Positions 9,368 through 19,300 of a DNA stretch of 64,000 nucleotides are shown piece by piece (the stretch's first letter is position 1; every line of letters begins with the position of its first letter). A program made the translations under genes and the position numbers. Source of the DNA: Nitrosopumilaceae archaeon. Lineage in GTDB: Archaea; Thermoproteota; Nitrososphaeria; Nitrososphaerales; Nitrosopumilaceae. The stretch covers positions 96,001 through 160,000 of the forward strand of contig CBDATR010000024.1 in assembly GCA_965200155.1 (NCBI GenBank). Direction: 5' to 3'. The notes beneath the pieces are model-generated. The model was not told the origin of the DNA, searched no databases, and saw nothing but the letters and a program-made list of their open reading frames with translations.

Positions 9368-11185
9368 ATGGAACGCCTCCGAAGAGTGGTGGTGGACACC
9401 AGTGTCGTTATAAACGGACAACTGGAAAGTCTCATTAGTGTAGGAGAGTTACGCGGTTGTGAGATCGTAATCCCCCAGGCCGTTATAGACGAGTTGTATG
9501 ATCAGGCCGCAATGCATCACCAATACGGCCGGGACGGGTTAGACATGCTGGCAAGATTATACAAGAATGCCAAGGAAGATGGAACGAATATAACAATACA
9601 CGGAAACCATGCGGCCGAGAATCCCGATGTTGCAAGTCCTGTACGCGTAGGCTCCATAGTAAATGACGCGGCCAAGCGACTGCGGGCTACATTGTATACA
9701 TCAGACAGATTGCAACATGCAGTAGCCCAGGCACAGGGAATCGAGACCACATTATTGTCTACAGAGATCAAGGCCGAGGAGTTGGAATTCCACCAGTACT
9801 TCGATGAAGACACCATGAGTGTACACCTCAAAGAGGGATTGCCGCCCGCGGCCAAGCGCGGTGGGCCTGGCTCGTTCATAATGGTAACGCTAGAAGAGAA
9901 AGCCCTGGAATATCAATACATGGATCATATGGTTTCAAAGATAATGGATGCCGCCCACAGTGCCAGGGGAATGATAGAGATTGAGAAGCCGGGTGCTACA
10001 GTAATACAGTATGGCAATTATCGCATAGTCATAACACGCCCACCCTTCTCAGAATCCACAGAGATAACTATAGTGCGCCCCATGGTAAAGATGTCTTTGG
10101 ATGATTACGATCTCTCCGAGGAACTTATGGAGCGATTCTCCAAGCGAGCCGAGGGCATAGTCGTATCCGGCCCCCCAGGATCCGGCAAGTCTACCTTGGC
10201 ATCCAGTCTTGCAGACTTTTACAATGAACGGGGACGCATAGTCAAGACATTCGAGTCTCCAAGAGATCTACAGGTGACCCCGGGCATAACGCAGTATACA
10301 AAATTGGACGGCAGTTTCGAGAACTCCGCGGATGTTCTCTTGCTGGTACGCCCTGATTACACCATATTCGACGAGGTACGGCGCCGAGAAGATTTTGACA
10401 TATTTGCGGATCTGAGACTGGCAGGTGTTGGAATGATAGGCGTAGTTCACGCCAACTCACCAATAGACAGCATACAGCGATTCATAGGAAAGATAGAGTT
10501 GGGCATAATTCCCAGCGTATTAGATACGGTAGTATTCGTAAAGGATGGAGGCATAGAGAAGGTATACGAGTTGGAACTGAAGGTAAAGATGCCGTCAGGT
10601 ATGTCCGAGGCAGACCTGGCACGGCCAGTTATCGAGGTGCGGGACTTTGCATCCAAGACCCTGGAGCACGAAATCTATACCTTTGGTCAGGAGAATGTCA
10701 TAGTCCCCGTAGCCGGTACTGTAAGCAGTAGTGTGAATGGCATAGCAGAGGACAGTATACGAAGAGTGTTTGAGCGGTATGACCCCAACGTTGAAGTGGA
10801 GATACTCTCAGAGAACAAGGTGCTGATACGCGTGGCCAAGCAGTCCATATCCAGCATAATAGGGCGACGGGGCTCAAACATTAGCGACCTGGAACGCAAA
10901 CTTGGTATATCCATCGATGTGGAGGAGCGTAACGGGGAACAGGTACCAACAGGTCAGGATGTACCAGTCCGCATGTCCGAGTCAAAGAATGTGCTCATAT
11001 TTGATGTTGGCAAGGAGTACTCATCCATGCAGGCAGCAATATTTGTCGGCGACACGTATCTGACATCTAGGCGCGTAGGCCACAAAGGACAGGTGAGACT
11101 GCCAAAGCGCTCAGACGCGGCCAATCGCCTCATAGACCTGGCATCCTCTGAGAGCGATGTTCGAGTCACTATTCGAGATGGGTAA
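9368..11185 (+). CDS. PIN-domain ATPase with KH domain (PINA/VapC-VirB11-like)
   Basis: N-terminal VVDTSV PIN; GPPGSGKST; ESPRDL; FDEVR; IIGRRG KH. Confidence 0.92.
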   Translation: MERLRRVVVDTSVVINGQLESLISVGELRGCEIVIPQAVIDELYDQAAMHHQYGRDGLDMLARLYKNAKEDGTNITIHGNHAAENPDVASPVRVGSIVNDAAKRLRATLYTSDRLQHAVAQAQGIETTLLSTEIKAEELEFHQYFDEDTMSVHLKEGLPPAAKRGGPGSFIMVTLEEKALEYQYMDHMVSKIMDAAHSARGMIEIEKPGATVIQYGNYRIVITRPPFSESTEITIVRPMVKMSLDDYDLSEELMERFSKRAEGIVVSGPPGSGKSTLASSLADFYNERGRIVKTFESPRDLQVTPGITQYTKLDGSFENSADVLLLVRPDYTIFDEVRRREDFDIFADLRLAGVGMIGVVHANSPIDSIQRFIGKIELGIIPSVLDTVVFVKDGGIEKVYELELKVKMPSGMSEADLARPVIEVRDFASKTLEHEIYTFGQENVIVPVAGTVSSSVNGIAEDSIRRVFERYDPNVEVEILSENKVLIRVAKQSISSIIGRRGSNISDLERKLGISIDVEERNGEQVPTGQDVPVRMSESKNVLIFDVGKEYSSMQAAIFVGDTYLTSRRVGHKGQVRLPKRSDAANRLIDLASSESDVRVTIRDG

Positions 11186-11630
11186 ACTTCTCGATGATAT
11201 GCGGGTTCGCCTTCAAGTATGTTACAAACTTTCGCAGCTGTGCCATTGTTTGCGGATCCAAATGATGTTCCACCCCCTCCGCGTCCCGATTGGCAGTATC
11301 TCCTGTTATACCCAATAGTTCAAAGAATTCCAGCAGTGTCCCGTGTCGTTGACGAATGGACTGGGCCACGTCACTGCCCTTCTTTGTCAGATGTATGCCG
11401 TGATACCGCTCATATTCCAGAAAGCCACCATCATCCAGTCTCCGGAGCATCTTTGTAACGCTAGGTGCACTTACACTCATGTATCTGGAGATATCCAGCG
11501 TGGTAGCATAGCCCTTAAGCTCTACCAGCTCGGCTATTACCTCCAGATAGTCTTCAGTTCTTGTACTGTATGGGTTTTTGTCCGCATCATGTGCCGCCCG
11601 AATGGATTCCAGTCTGCTATCCTTTTTCAT
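11169..11630 (-). CDS. DtxR/MntR-family metal-dependent repressor
   Basis: EDYLEVI, VSAPSVTKML, RH..LLEF, AEGVEHH. Confidence 0.93.
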   Translation of the reverse strand: MKKDSRLESIRAAHDADKNPYSTRTEDYLEVIAELVELKGYATTLDISRYMSVSAPSVTKMLRRLDDGGFLEYERYHGIHLTKKGSDVAQSIRQRHGTLLEFFELLGITGDTANRDAEGVEHHLDPQTMAQLRKFVTYLKANPHIIEKFTHLE

Positions 11631-11681
11631 AAGAATAAATGAGTCACGCGCATTAAAAAATGATTGAACCCATTACTAGCA

Positions 11682-13160
11682 TCATACAACCCGGACCGGT
11701 ACGCCCAATACACCACCCATGCGCGTACAGGCACGCTGGAGTATGGTGTGGGGAATAGATCTCACGGGATTGAGTATATGCATCTTTATTACCCCATCCT
11801 GTATATTCATATCCACACCAGCCTCGGCAGTCATGATCAATTCGCACAAGGCCAGAATGGGAGCCAGTTTGACCATGATCTTTTGGTCACCAGGACACAA
11901 TATGCCGGAATATCTGTCCAAAAGCAGCACAGTGCGCTTTGGTTTTTTAGAATATGATAATGAAAGGGCGACCAGCAGTTGTACACGGTGCGAAAGCATG
12001 CTAGGCTGATCAATTGCCCTGTACACAAAGTCGTCAGCATCACGAAAAGTCTGCAATGACTCTATGTTTGTAGCCGCAGCCAACAGCATACGAAACTCCT
12101 CGTGACTCAGCAGGCGTGATGAACTAATGAAATGAACCACGTCAGAGGCGCCCGCGGGTATTCGCTTCCTGCTGCGGGGCGGTCGCACAAGCTCCCGCAC
12201 ATGGTAATCGGATATGAAATTGTGATTAAACGCAGGGTACCTAGATGCCAGTGCCAGTACACCCTCCCGGAGACCCACGGAACTCACTGTAATCTCTTTG
12301 GAACTATACATGGAGACTATTTCCGATATAACGATGGCGCCGGCTTTTATGATATCTGCCCTACCCCGGCCTACCTCGTACATATCTGCCAACTCTGATC
12401 TGTCAATAGACAGCAGGGTCTCAGTCGTATCATGTATGGCAGATGGTTCTATTGTATAGTTGTGGAGTTTTTTCAGGGGATAGTCGGCGTGATTTTGAAT
12501 ATATCTTGCCAGTGTTCGCATGGCACCGCCTACCCCCACCAATGTGGCCTGATTCCTCCGGGAATCCAATATGCGAGGATCTGGAAGGATATCACGCAGA
12601 TATTCACGCAGGCGCTTTACAGACTGTTCGTTAAAGTCCGAGTCCCCGGCAAATTTTCGTGTCAGAACCAAGGCTCCCAAAGGGAGAGACAGGGTCTTCA
12701 GTATGGTATGATTCCGGGACGAGACAAATTCTAGTGATCCGCCACCAAGATCAAACATTATGGATGAGGGGATATTCAACTGGGTGGCCGCACCGGCATA
12801 TGAACACAGTGCCTCTTCCACACCGGATATCACAACAAAATCAAAACCTGACTCGCGGCTTATGGTATCCAATAATGATCCCCGATTGGCCGCATCGCGC
12901 ACTGCGCTGGTGGCCACGGCGCACACCTTGGAGACACCCTCATACTGCAGTATGTTCCTATACATGATAAGCGTGGGTATGAGTTCACTCAGTGCATCCT
13001 CATTTATCACCTTACTACCGTACTCGTCCAGACGCATCTTTTTAGACTCCCGACGATACGGGCGATAGACACCCGTACGATCCTTCTCATAGCAGACCAT
13101 CTTTAGCGAGTTAGAACCAAGATCAACCACGGCAATGGATTTTGAGCGCATACGAGTCAT
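11682..13160 (-). CDS. ppx: Ppx/GppA exopolyphosphatase
   Basis: DLGSNS, ATSAVRDA, DLGGGSLE, GLREG. Confidence 0.92.
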   Translation of the reverse strand: MTRMRSKSIAVVDLGSNSLKMVCYEKDRTGVYRPYRRESKKMRLDEYGSKVINEDALSELIPTLIMYRNILQYEGVSKVCAVATSAVRDAANRGSLLDTISRESGFDFVVISGVEEALCSYAGAATQLNIPSSIMFDLGGGSLEFVSSRNHTILKTLSLPLGALVLTRKFAGDSDFNEQSVKRLREYLRDILPDPRILDSRRNQATLVGVGGAMRTLARYIQNHADYPLKKLHNYTIEPSAIHDTTETLLSIDRSELADMYEVGRGRADIIKAGAIVISEIVSMYSSKEITVSSVGLREGVLALASRYPAFNHNFISDYHVRELVRPPRSRKRIPAGASDVVHFISSSRLLSHEEFRMLLAAATNIESLQTFRDADDFVYRAIDQPSMLSHRVQLLVALSLSYSKKPKRTVLLLDRYSGILCPGDQKIMVKLAPILALCELIMTAEAGVDMNIQDGVIKMHILNPVRSIPHTILQRACTRMGGVLGVPVRVV

Positions 13161-13633
13161 GTCATCATCACCATCTGTTTTGGGGTCAGCATGTACCTAA
13201 TTATCCCAGCACCGGACGGCATTATATTCACACATACCAGTCCGCCCTTCTTTATGGACAGAGATACCGCACTATCGCATACCATACTGGAAACCATACC
13301 CGAAAGATGCGGCTCGTGGCCAACTAGCATCACCGAGTCCACACCGGCAGCAAGTACGGATTTTGTAGTCACCTCCGGAATTATCTCCGGTTTTAACTCT
13401 TCCCAAGTAACAACGTCGCATTTGACATGGCCGGACACTATGGAGGCGGTCTGCATTGCCCGTACAAGAGGACTAGACGCCAATATATCCGGTCGTATAC
13501 CCATCTTTTTGATCACACTACCTATCTTTTCTATTTGTCGGCGGCCGGATATTGTCAAGGACCTCTGGTAGTCACTGGGCACCATTTGGGATGGCCGTGC
13601 AGCCTTGCCATGTCTTAGGAGAAATATATTCAT
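13157..13633 (-). CDS. sixA: Phosphohistidine phosphatase SixA
   Basis: LLRHGKA, SSPLVRA.QTA, VGHEP; ATGA overlap with ppx. Confidence 0.92.
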   Translation of the reverse strand: MNIFLLRHGKAARPSQMVPSDYQRSLTISGRRQIEKIGSVIKKMGIRPDILASSPLVRAMQTASIVSGHVKCDVVTWEELKPEIIPEVTTKSVLAAGVDSVMLVGHEPHLSGMVSSMVCDSAVSLSIKKGGLVCVNIMPSGAGIIRYMLTPKQMVMMT

Positions 13634-13761
13634 GTAATGGTGTATCTGTTTATGAATATAGGATTTTTTATACGATAGATATATTGTTATATATACTATA
13701 AGACATTGTTATACTGGTAATAAGCGTCAATATTTTAACTGTGTAATTGCCACCATAACCA

Positions 13762-14079
13762 ATGTATGCACATGTGATAAAAGACAACGCCAGGCAGGCC
13801 GTCAGGATAATAGAGGACATGGCAAGCGCCGAAAGCGAGGGAGGCCCATACCAGCGCCGAATCATAACGGCCAAGGTAGAGGAACTAGAGCCCATACTTA
13901 GTGAGATAGCCGATGCCGCCAGGGCCAGTTCCCTCTCCAACGGCGAGGAGTTGGCGGCAGATATGGAGTCAATGTACAGGGAAGCGGGAAGCATAGTGAG
14001 TGGCACCAGTGGCAGCGAGTTCTATGATGATTGGAAGAGCAGGCTGGAGAGTGTTATACTGGACGCTTTCCGTCTCTAA
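13762..14079 (+). CDS. Hypothetical helical protein
   Basis: 105-aa ORF behind an AT-rich divergent promoter region. Confidence 0.6.
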   Translation: MYAHVIKDNARQAVRIIEDMASAESEGGPYQRRIITAKVEELEPILSEIADAARASSLSNGEELAADMESMYREAGSIVSGTSGSEFYDDWKSRLESVILDAFRL

Positions 14080-14879
14080 AGTATATGGTGCAAGACTTCC
14101 ATGGAGCCGGCCACCGTATGTACAGGTGCCACCGTATGTGTTATCCGCGCCTTCCTGAGTTCCGCAGCGGTGAAGGGTCCAATGGACACCACCGGAATCA
14201 GGTTAAGTTTGTCGGCTACGTTATACTTGGAGGTGCGACCCATTATTTCCATAAATGCCCGTACCGATGATACGCTGGTAAATATAATGCCATGAATATC
14301 CCCGCGCTCCAGCATAGTGACAAATTCCAGCCATATGTCCCCGCCTTGATGGGGTTGTACATCATACGTGTACAATTCCCGTACATCAAACCCTATCTTT
14401 TTGAGTAGATTCCCAAGAAATGGTGTTGATGCACCACTGCGGGGCACCAGTACCCGGTTACGCGCCCGGTCCAGTCCGCTAAAGACCTCCCCTATACCCA
14501 CCGATGAGTACACTGATTTTGGCATTGAGTTGACTTGTATTCCATATCGCTCCAGCATTGCAGATGTCTTTGGTCCAACAGAGACGACGTTTGCATTGGC
14601 TGTGATAAAACGCGTCTGGTCTAAGGTGCCCTGGCGAGCAGCATCCTCAAAGAGTAGTGCCACTGCCCTGGAACTCATAAAGACGATGTGATCCGGTTTG
14701 TACTCGTTACACTCCCGCACGTATCCACCGGAGATATCATGGCCGCGCCCAACCAATTGTATGGTAGGAAGCGCCAGTACCCGGCCCCCCTCAGACTCTA
14801 CCATACCAATGAAATCCGCGGCATCCTTGGCTCCCCTAGTAATTGCTATATTTTTCCCGGAGAGGCTGCTCATATCCAA
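14076..14879 (-). CDS. hemD: Uroporphyrinogen-III synthase
   Basis: IAITR, VGPKT, FTSVSSV, SIGPFTA; hem operon context. Confidence 0.92.
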   Translation of the reverse strand: MDMSSLSGKNIAITRGAKDAADFIGMVESEGGRVLALPTIQLVGRGHDISGGYVRECNEYKPDHIVFMSSRAVALLFEDAARQGTLDQTRFITANANVVSVGPKTSAMLERYGIQVNSMPKSVYSSVGIGEVFSGLDRARNRVLVPRSGASTPFLGNLLKKIGFDVRELYTYDVQPHQGGDIWLEFVTMLERGDIHGIIFTSVSSVRAFMEIMGRTSKYNVADKLNLIPVVSIGPFTAAELRKARITHTVAPVHTVAGSMEVLHHIL

Positions 14880-15610
14880 GATAGATCCTCGTGCAAATCC
14901 ACCACCTCGCCCACTATTATAACCACCGGCGGGCGCATTGTACTTGCCATGGCAGGCAGAGTGGATAGTGTACCAAACTTGATACTACTTTTCGCTGTTG
15001 TGCCACGATGTATGGCCACCGCGGGTGTGTCCGGGTTCATCCCCCCACTTACTAGATCATCAAATATGGAGCGCATCCTGTAGAGACCCATCATTATCAC
15101 TATCGTATCGACAGATTTGGCCAGACTCTTCCAGTCCACCGAGGGCTTGTCCTTGTCTGGATCTTCATGGCCTGTTACAAATGCTACCGAGGAGGAGTAT
15201 CTCCGGTGTGTGAGCGGTATGCCGGCATAAGTGGCCGAGGCATGTCCAGATGTTATACCGGGGATAATTTCAAAGGGAACAGAGTGTGCGCGCAGAAACT
15301 CCGCTTCCTCACCGCCCCGGCCGAACATGGTGGGATCTCCGCCCTTTAGCCTAACCACATGACTATATTTCTGCGCGGATTCCAGCATTATTTGATTGGT
15401 CGCATCCTGATGTGTGGTTTCATCACCGGGAGCGCGTCCTACACATATGAGAGATTTTGAGGAGTCGACAGTTTTCATGATAGCGTCACTAACAAGCCGG
15501 TCATACAGTATTATGTCAGCCTGACTGATTAGTTGTGTTGCCCTTACCGTAAGTAGTCCTGGATCCCCGGGTCCGGCGCCCACCAGGTATACGATACCCA
15601 TCTTATCCAT
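14870..15610 (-). CDS. cobA: Uroporphyrinogen-III C-methyltransferase
   Basis: GAGPGDPGLLT, RLKGGDP, GRGGEE, PLTHR. Confidence 0.95.
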   Translation of the reverse strand: MDKMGIVYLVGAGPGDPGLLTVRATQLISQADIILYDRLVSDAIMKTVDSSKSLICVGRAPGDETTHQDATNQIMLESAQKYSHVVRLKGGDPTMFGRGGEEAEFLRAHSVPFEIIPGITSGHASATYAGIPLTHRRYSSSVAFVTGHEDPDKDKPSVDWKSLAKSVDTIVIMMGLYRMRSIFDDLVSGGMNPDTPAVAIHRGTTAKSSIKFGTLSTLPAMASTMRPPVVIIVGEVVDLHEDLSWI

Positions 15611-15616
15611 GTATAA

Positions 15617-16534
15617 TCAACTGCCCCACTCCGACATGGTATGGCGCCATTTTAAACCAAGCTCGCCAGCACCCATATCCAAAAGGAGATTGCCGGCTTC
15701 CCGTCCAACTGATACGGGGTCTGTCCCGGCTGCACGAGCCACCATGGGAGCGGCTCCGTCCGGCAGGTATGCTGCTGCTGTGATACACACTATTTCATTA
15801 TCCGGGTACGCATAGACACCCACAGGAAAGCGGCATCCGGATCCTATGATATCAGACACAACACGCTCAGCCTCTGCGCATTTGCGGGAGGACTCGTCCT
15901 GAATGGATCTTAGTAGGGGCAATATGTCAGTATTATCGGCGCGAGCCACTATTGCCAGGGCACCCTGACCGGGAGAGGGAACGAACTTTTCCGTATCCAG
16001 TACATCATATGAGACATCCAGACCCAGTCGCCGGAGTCCTGCCTGTGCCAGTACAACAAAGTCAAAGTCCCCACCCACACGGGATACTCTGGTGTCAACG
16101 TTCCCCCGTATGGGCCGGATTGTTACATCAGGAAATTCCAGCCTTATCTGTGCCATCCGCCGTACGCTGCTGGTTCCTATGACATCACCGCGCGCAGGCA
16201 GACTTGCACCATTACGGCGTATCAGGACATCATTTGGCGGAAGACGGCGGGGCACGCATGCTATACCAAGTTCATCTGGAATGTCGGTAGGAACGTCCTT
16301 CATGCTGTGTACCGCAAAATCCGCGCGGCCACTGGTTACTGCAGCGTCCACCTCTCTCTCAAATATGCCGCGTCGCTCCATGCTGAAGAGCGGCCTCCGG
16401 TCCCTGTCGCCTTGTGTGGTGACCCGTAATATCTCAAATGTATCACTATGAGAGACTGCCTGCAGTTCCTGTATCACATGACCGGTCTGTGCCAGGGAGA
16501 GTTTGCTCCCCCTAGTGGCCACAGCATACCTCAT
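15617..16534 (-). CDS. hemC: Hydroxymethylbilane synthase
   Basis: TRGSKLSLAQ, VHSMKDVP, GTSSVRR, RGNVDTR. Confidence 0.95.
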   Translation of the reverse strand: MRYAVATRGSKLSLAQTGHVIQELQAVSHSDTFEILRVTTQGDRDRRPLFSMERRGIFEREVDAAVTSGRADFAVHSMKDVPTDIPDELGIACVPRRLPPNDVLIRRNGASLPARGDVIGTSSVRRMAQIRLEFPDVTIRPIRGNVDTRVSRVGGDFDFVVLAQAGLRRLGLDVSYDVLDTEKFVPSPGQGALAIVARADNTDILPLLRSIQDESSRKCAEAERVVSDIIGSGCRFPVGVYAYPDNEIVCITAAAYLPDGAAPMVARAAGTDPVSVGREAGNLLLDMGAGELGLKWRHTMSEWGS

Positions 16535-17808
16535 GTCCTCATGCTCTCAAGGGACGTTTGGTATGACTCACATATCTTGTCTATATCGTCTGATGTCATG
16601 GCGCCGGACAAAAATACCGTCTCATACTGGGAGGGGGCAACAAATACTCCCTTTGCCAGAAGCAGATCAAACAGTGTCCGGAATCGCGCAGTGTCGGACT
16701 TTTTGGCAGTAACATAATCCTGAACCGCATGATCCGTAAAGAATACCTGCAGCATTGAAGAGATATTATTCACCTGACACAATATTCGATTATCCGCCGC
16801 GACATCCCGTATGGTCTTGGCTACCATGTCACAGTATCGCTCCAGTCTGGGATACAGATGAGCAGCAGTACGGTTTATCGTATTAATAGAAGATATAGCC
16901 GCGGCCGCAGCTATGGGATTTCCCCCAAAAGTGCTGGCCTGGTATGCAGGACCGCCAGGCGCAAGATCTTCCATTATGGCACGCTTCCCGCCTATGGCCG
17001 CCACTGCAAACCCATTCCCCAGAGCCTTTGCCAGGGTAGTCATATCGGGAGTTACAGAGTAGTATGATTGGGATCCCCCCGGAGACATACGGAATCCGGT
17101 AACTACTTCGTCAAATATCAGGGGCACACCCTGTTGCATAGTCATGTGGCGAACCTGTTGCAGAAAGTCATTACCAGGAGGTACAAGTCCCATATTCGCC
17201 ATTACAGGCTCCATTATAACACCGGCCACATCTTGGCGCGTCTCCAGAATATCTGCCAGTCCCGAGATATCATTGTATTTGGCCATGATTGTATGCCGGG
17301 ATATATCCGGCAGTACGCCCGCTGACGATGATATACCCATGTGTGCCGAACCGCTACCAGCCTTTGCCAGGACAGAGTCGTGGGCCCCATGGTAGCCTCC
17401 CTCAAACATCACTATCTTGGGGTTGCCCGTGTATGATCGCGCCAAGCGTATGGCAGCCATGGTAGCCTCCCCCCCGCTGTTCACCATACGGGCCATATCC
17501 ACGGAAGGATAATTGTGACATAACAGCTCAGAGACATACACTTCCAGCTCTGTGGGAATGCAAAAGAGCGTACCTTTCTCCATCTGCTCTATAACGGCCC
17601 GGATCACTGCGGGATGCCGATGACCCAGTAGTAGTGCCCCATAACCGTTACACATGTCAATCAATTCCTGGCCGTCCGCGTCCCATATTCGGGAACCCTC
17701 AGAGCGCCTTACAAAGAACGGGTACGGATCATAATGACGAACAGGGCTATTTACACCATGAGGTATACACTCCCTAGCCCTTCGGCTCAGAATGCGCGAT
17801 ACAGACAT
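16531..17808 (-). CDS. hemL: Glutamate-1-semialdehyde aminomutase
   Basis: GVNSPVR, GYHGAHD, FDEVVTGFR. Confidence 0.95.
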   Translation of the reverse strand: MSVSRILSRRARECIPHGVNSPVRHYDPYPFFVRRSEGSRIWDADGQELIDMCNGYGALLLGHRHPAVIRAVIEQMEKGTLFCIPTELEVYVSELLCHNYPSVDMARMVNSGGEATMAAIRLARSYTGNPKIVMFEGGYHGAHDSVLAKAGSGSAHMGISSSAGVLPDISRHTIMAKYNDISGLADILETRQDVAGVIMEPVMANMGLVPPGNDFLQQVRHMTMQQGVPLIFDEVVTGFRMSPGGSQSYYSVTPDMTTLAKALGNGFAVAAIGGKRAIMEDLAPGGPAYQASTFGGNPIAAAAAISSINTINRTAAHLYPRLERYCDMVAKTIRDVAADNRILCQVNNISSMLQVFFTDHAVQDYVTAKKSDTARFRTLFDLLLAKGVFVAPSQYETVFLSGAMTSDDIDKICESYQTSLESMRT

Positions 17809-17861
17809 ATCGTTTCAAAATTACAACTGCCCATTTAAAATATGATACCGGTGATTTGGTA

Positions 17862-17977
17862 GTAACAGTATGGGTCGTGTAAAATATCGGGCATCCCCAT
17901 AACATATGCAAGACATTACAAGAAAGCATGTTCGCGGTGTATTTTGAACGGTTGCTCAGGGTGACCTAAACGATTAC
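17862..17977. mobile_element. Older MITE-like element with GTAA...TTAC ends
   Basis: GTAACAGTATGGGTCGT...GTGACCTAAACGATTAC; interior similar to 32766-32866. Confidence 0.6.
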
Positions 17978-18020
17978 TAGAGAATGCTTAAACGGGTTAA
18001 ATCGCATCTTAAGACATTAA

Positions 18021-18281
18021 ATGCCAATAATTATAGCCGTGTTGTCTGCGACAATAGTAGTGTCTGTAATTGGTGGCGTTTACGGAAATCAAGCTGAGAT
18101 ATTCCATAGTATGCATGTGTCAACATCTGCCGCAGATGATGTCCGGATAAGGGATATTACAGATCCATTGACAGTAGTAACTAATGGTACTGGTGGTTTT
18201 ACAAATCTGGAGGGAGTATAGAGTATCAAGCTGCTCGACATGGATGACAAGGCATATGCCCTGATGTCAGTATATACAGAG
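18021..18281 (+). pseudogene. Secreted LVIVD-like repeat protein remnant
   Basis: Signal peptide, then DDVRIRDITDP..TNGTGGFTNLEGV*SIKLL..KAYALMS; nonsense codon, truncated by IS481. Confidence 0.5.
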
Positions 18282-19236
18282 TGTAATGTATGAAAAGTCG
18301 GTCCGCTAGTCATTGGCATCCTGCTCCATCCATTTTGCATCATTTACCCTAATTGTCTGGATCGCCTTTTTATTCCTGGAGTGGTGTTTCGCCGTTATCT
18401 ATATCCAGTGAGAAGTGCAATCTTCTCTCATTGTAGTAGTCGATATAATCCCGGAGACTGTCATGATGTCATATCTCATTGGACTCTTAAATAAGAGTCC
18501 CCTCGTCCTCAATCATTCCATGGAAGCGCTCCAGTTTGCCATTTGTCTGCGGGTGGTATGGTCTGGAATTGATTAGTATGATATCTTGATCCAGCAGTTC
18601 TTCCTAGAATAGTGTGGTTTTCCAGCTTTTCTTGCCCTTTTATTGTCCTACGAGACACGCGCCGTTATCCGAGATGCAAGGGCGCCGAATCGTTTCATTA
18701 CCAGTCTCAGTAGAGCGGCGTTCTCTGAGGTTGCATGCTCAAATAGTGCCGCTCCGACTATACACCTGGATGCATCAACTATGAGATTCAGTCCCTTGAA
18801 GCGCTAATCTTTCATGACATGCCAGTGCCACATTGCATTAGAATATTTACGCTCATAGCGTATCCACTCTGACTTTGCAAGTGATGAGCCTGCCGTACCG
18901 TTCTTTTTCATTATGCGATATACTGCGCGATATGTATCATGTCTAAGCCTCTTTGCAATACGTACTACTCCGGCGGGATCCTTGTGATATGCTTCAGTTA
19001 CCATTCGTATCTGGGTGGCGGTGATTGGTATCATAGGCCTGCCCGTCTTTACTCGAGTCGTTCCCGTTCTCTGGTTCACAATCTTCGTACGTGTCTTGTT
19101 TCAGGTCTTGAGCTATGTTGGTGGTGGCAACGCCTCTTTTGTCTTGATTCCTCTGTTATTCTCTTTACCATCTGACTTGTGCAATCTGAACTACTGTACA
19201 CCGGATCCTAAGCGGACTTACTTTTTGTACTATTGA
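18282..19236 (-). mobile_element. IS481-family element, decayed
   Basis: Ends TGTAATGTATGAAAAGTCGGTCCGCT / TCAATAGTAC; RYER..SNAMWH, PQTNGKLERF in broken frames. Confidence 0.9.
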
Positions 19237-19300
19237 ATTTACCCGGCCAAGACTTATGAGCGGCGCTATATTATCCATTGCCGCCAAGGCAGGGGCAATA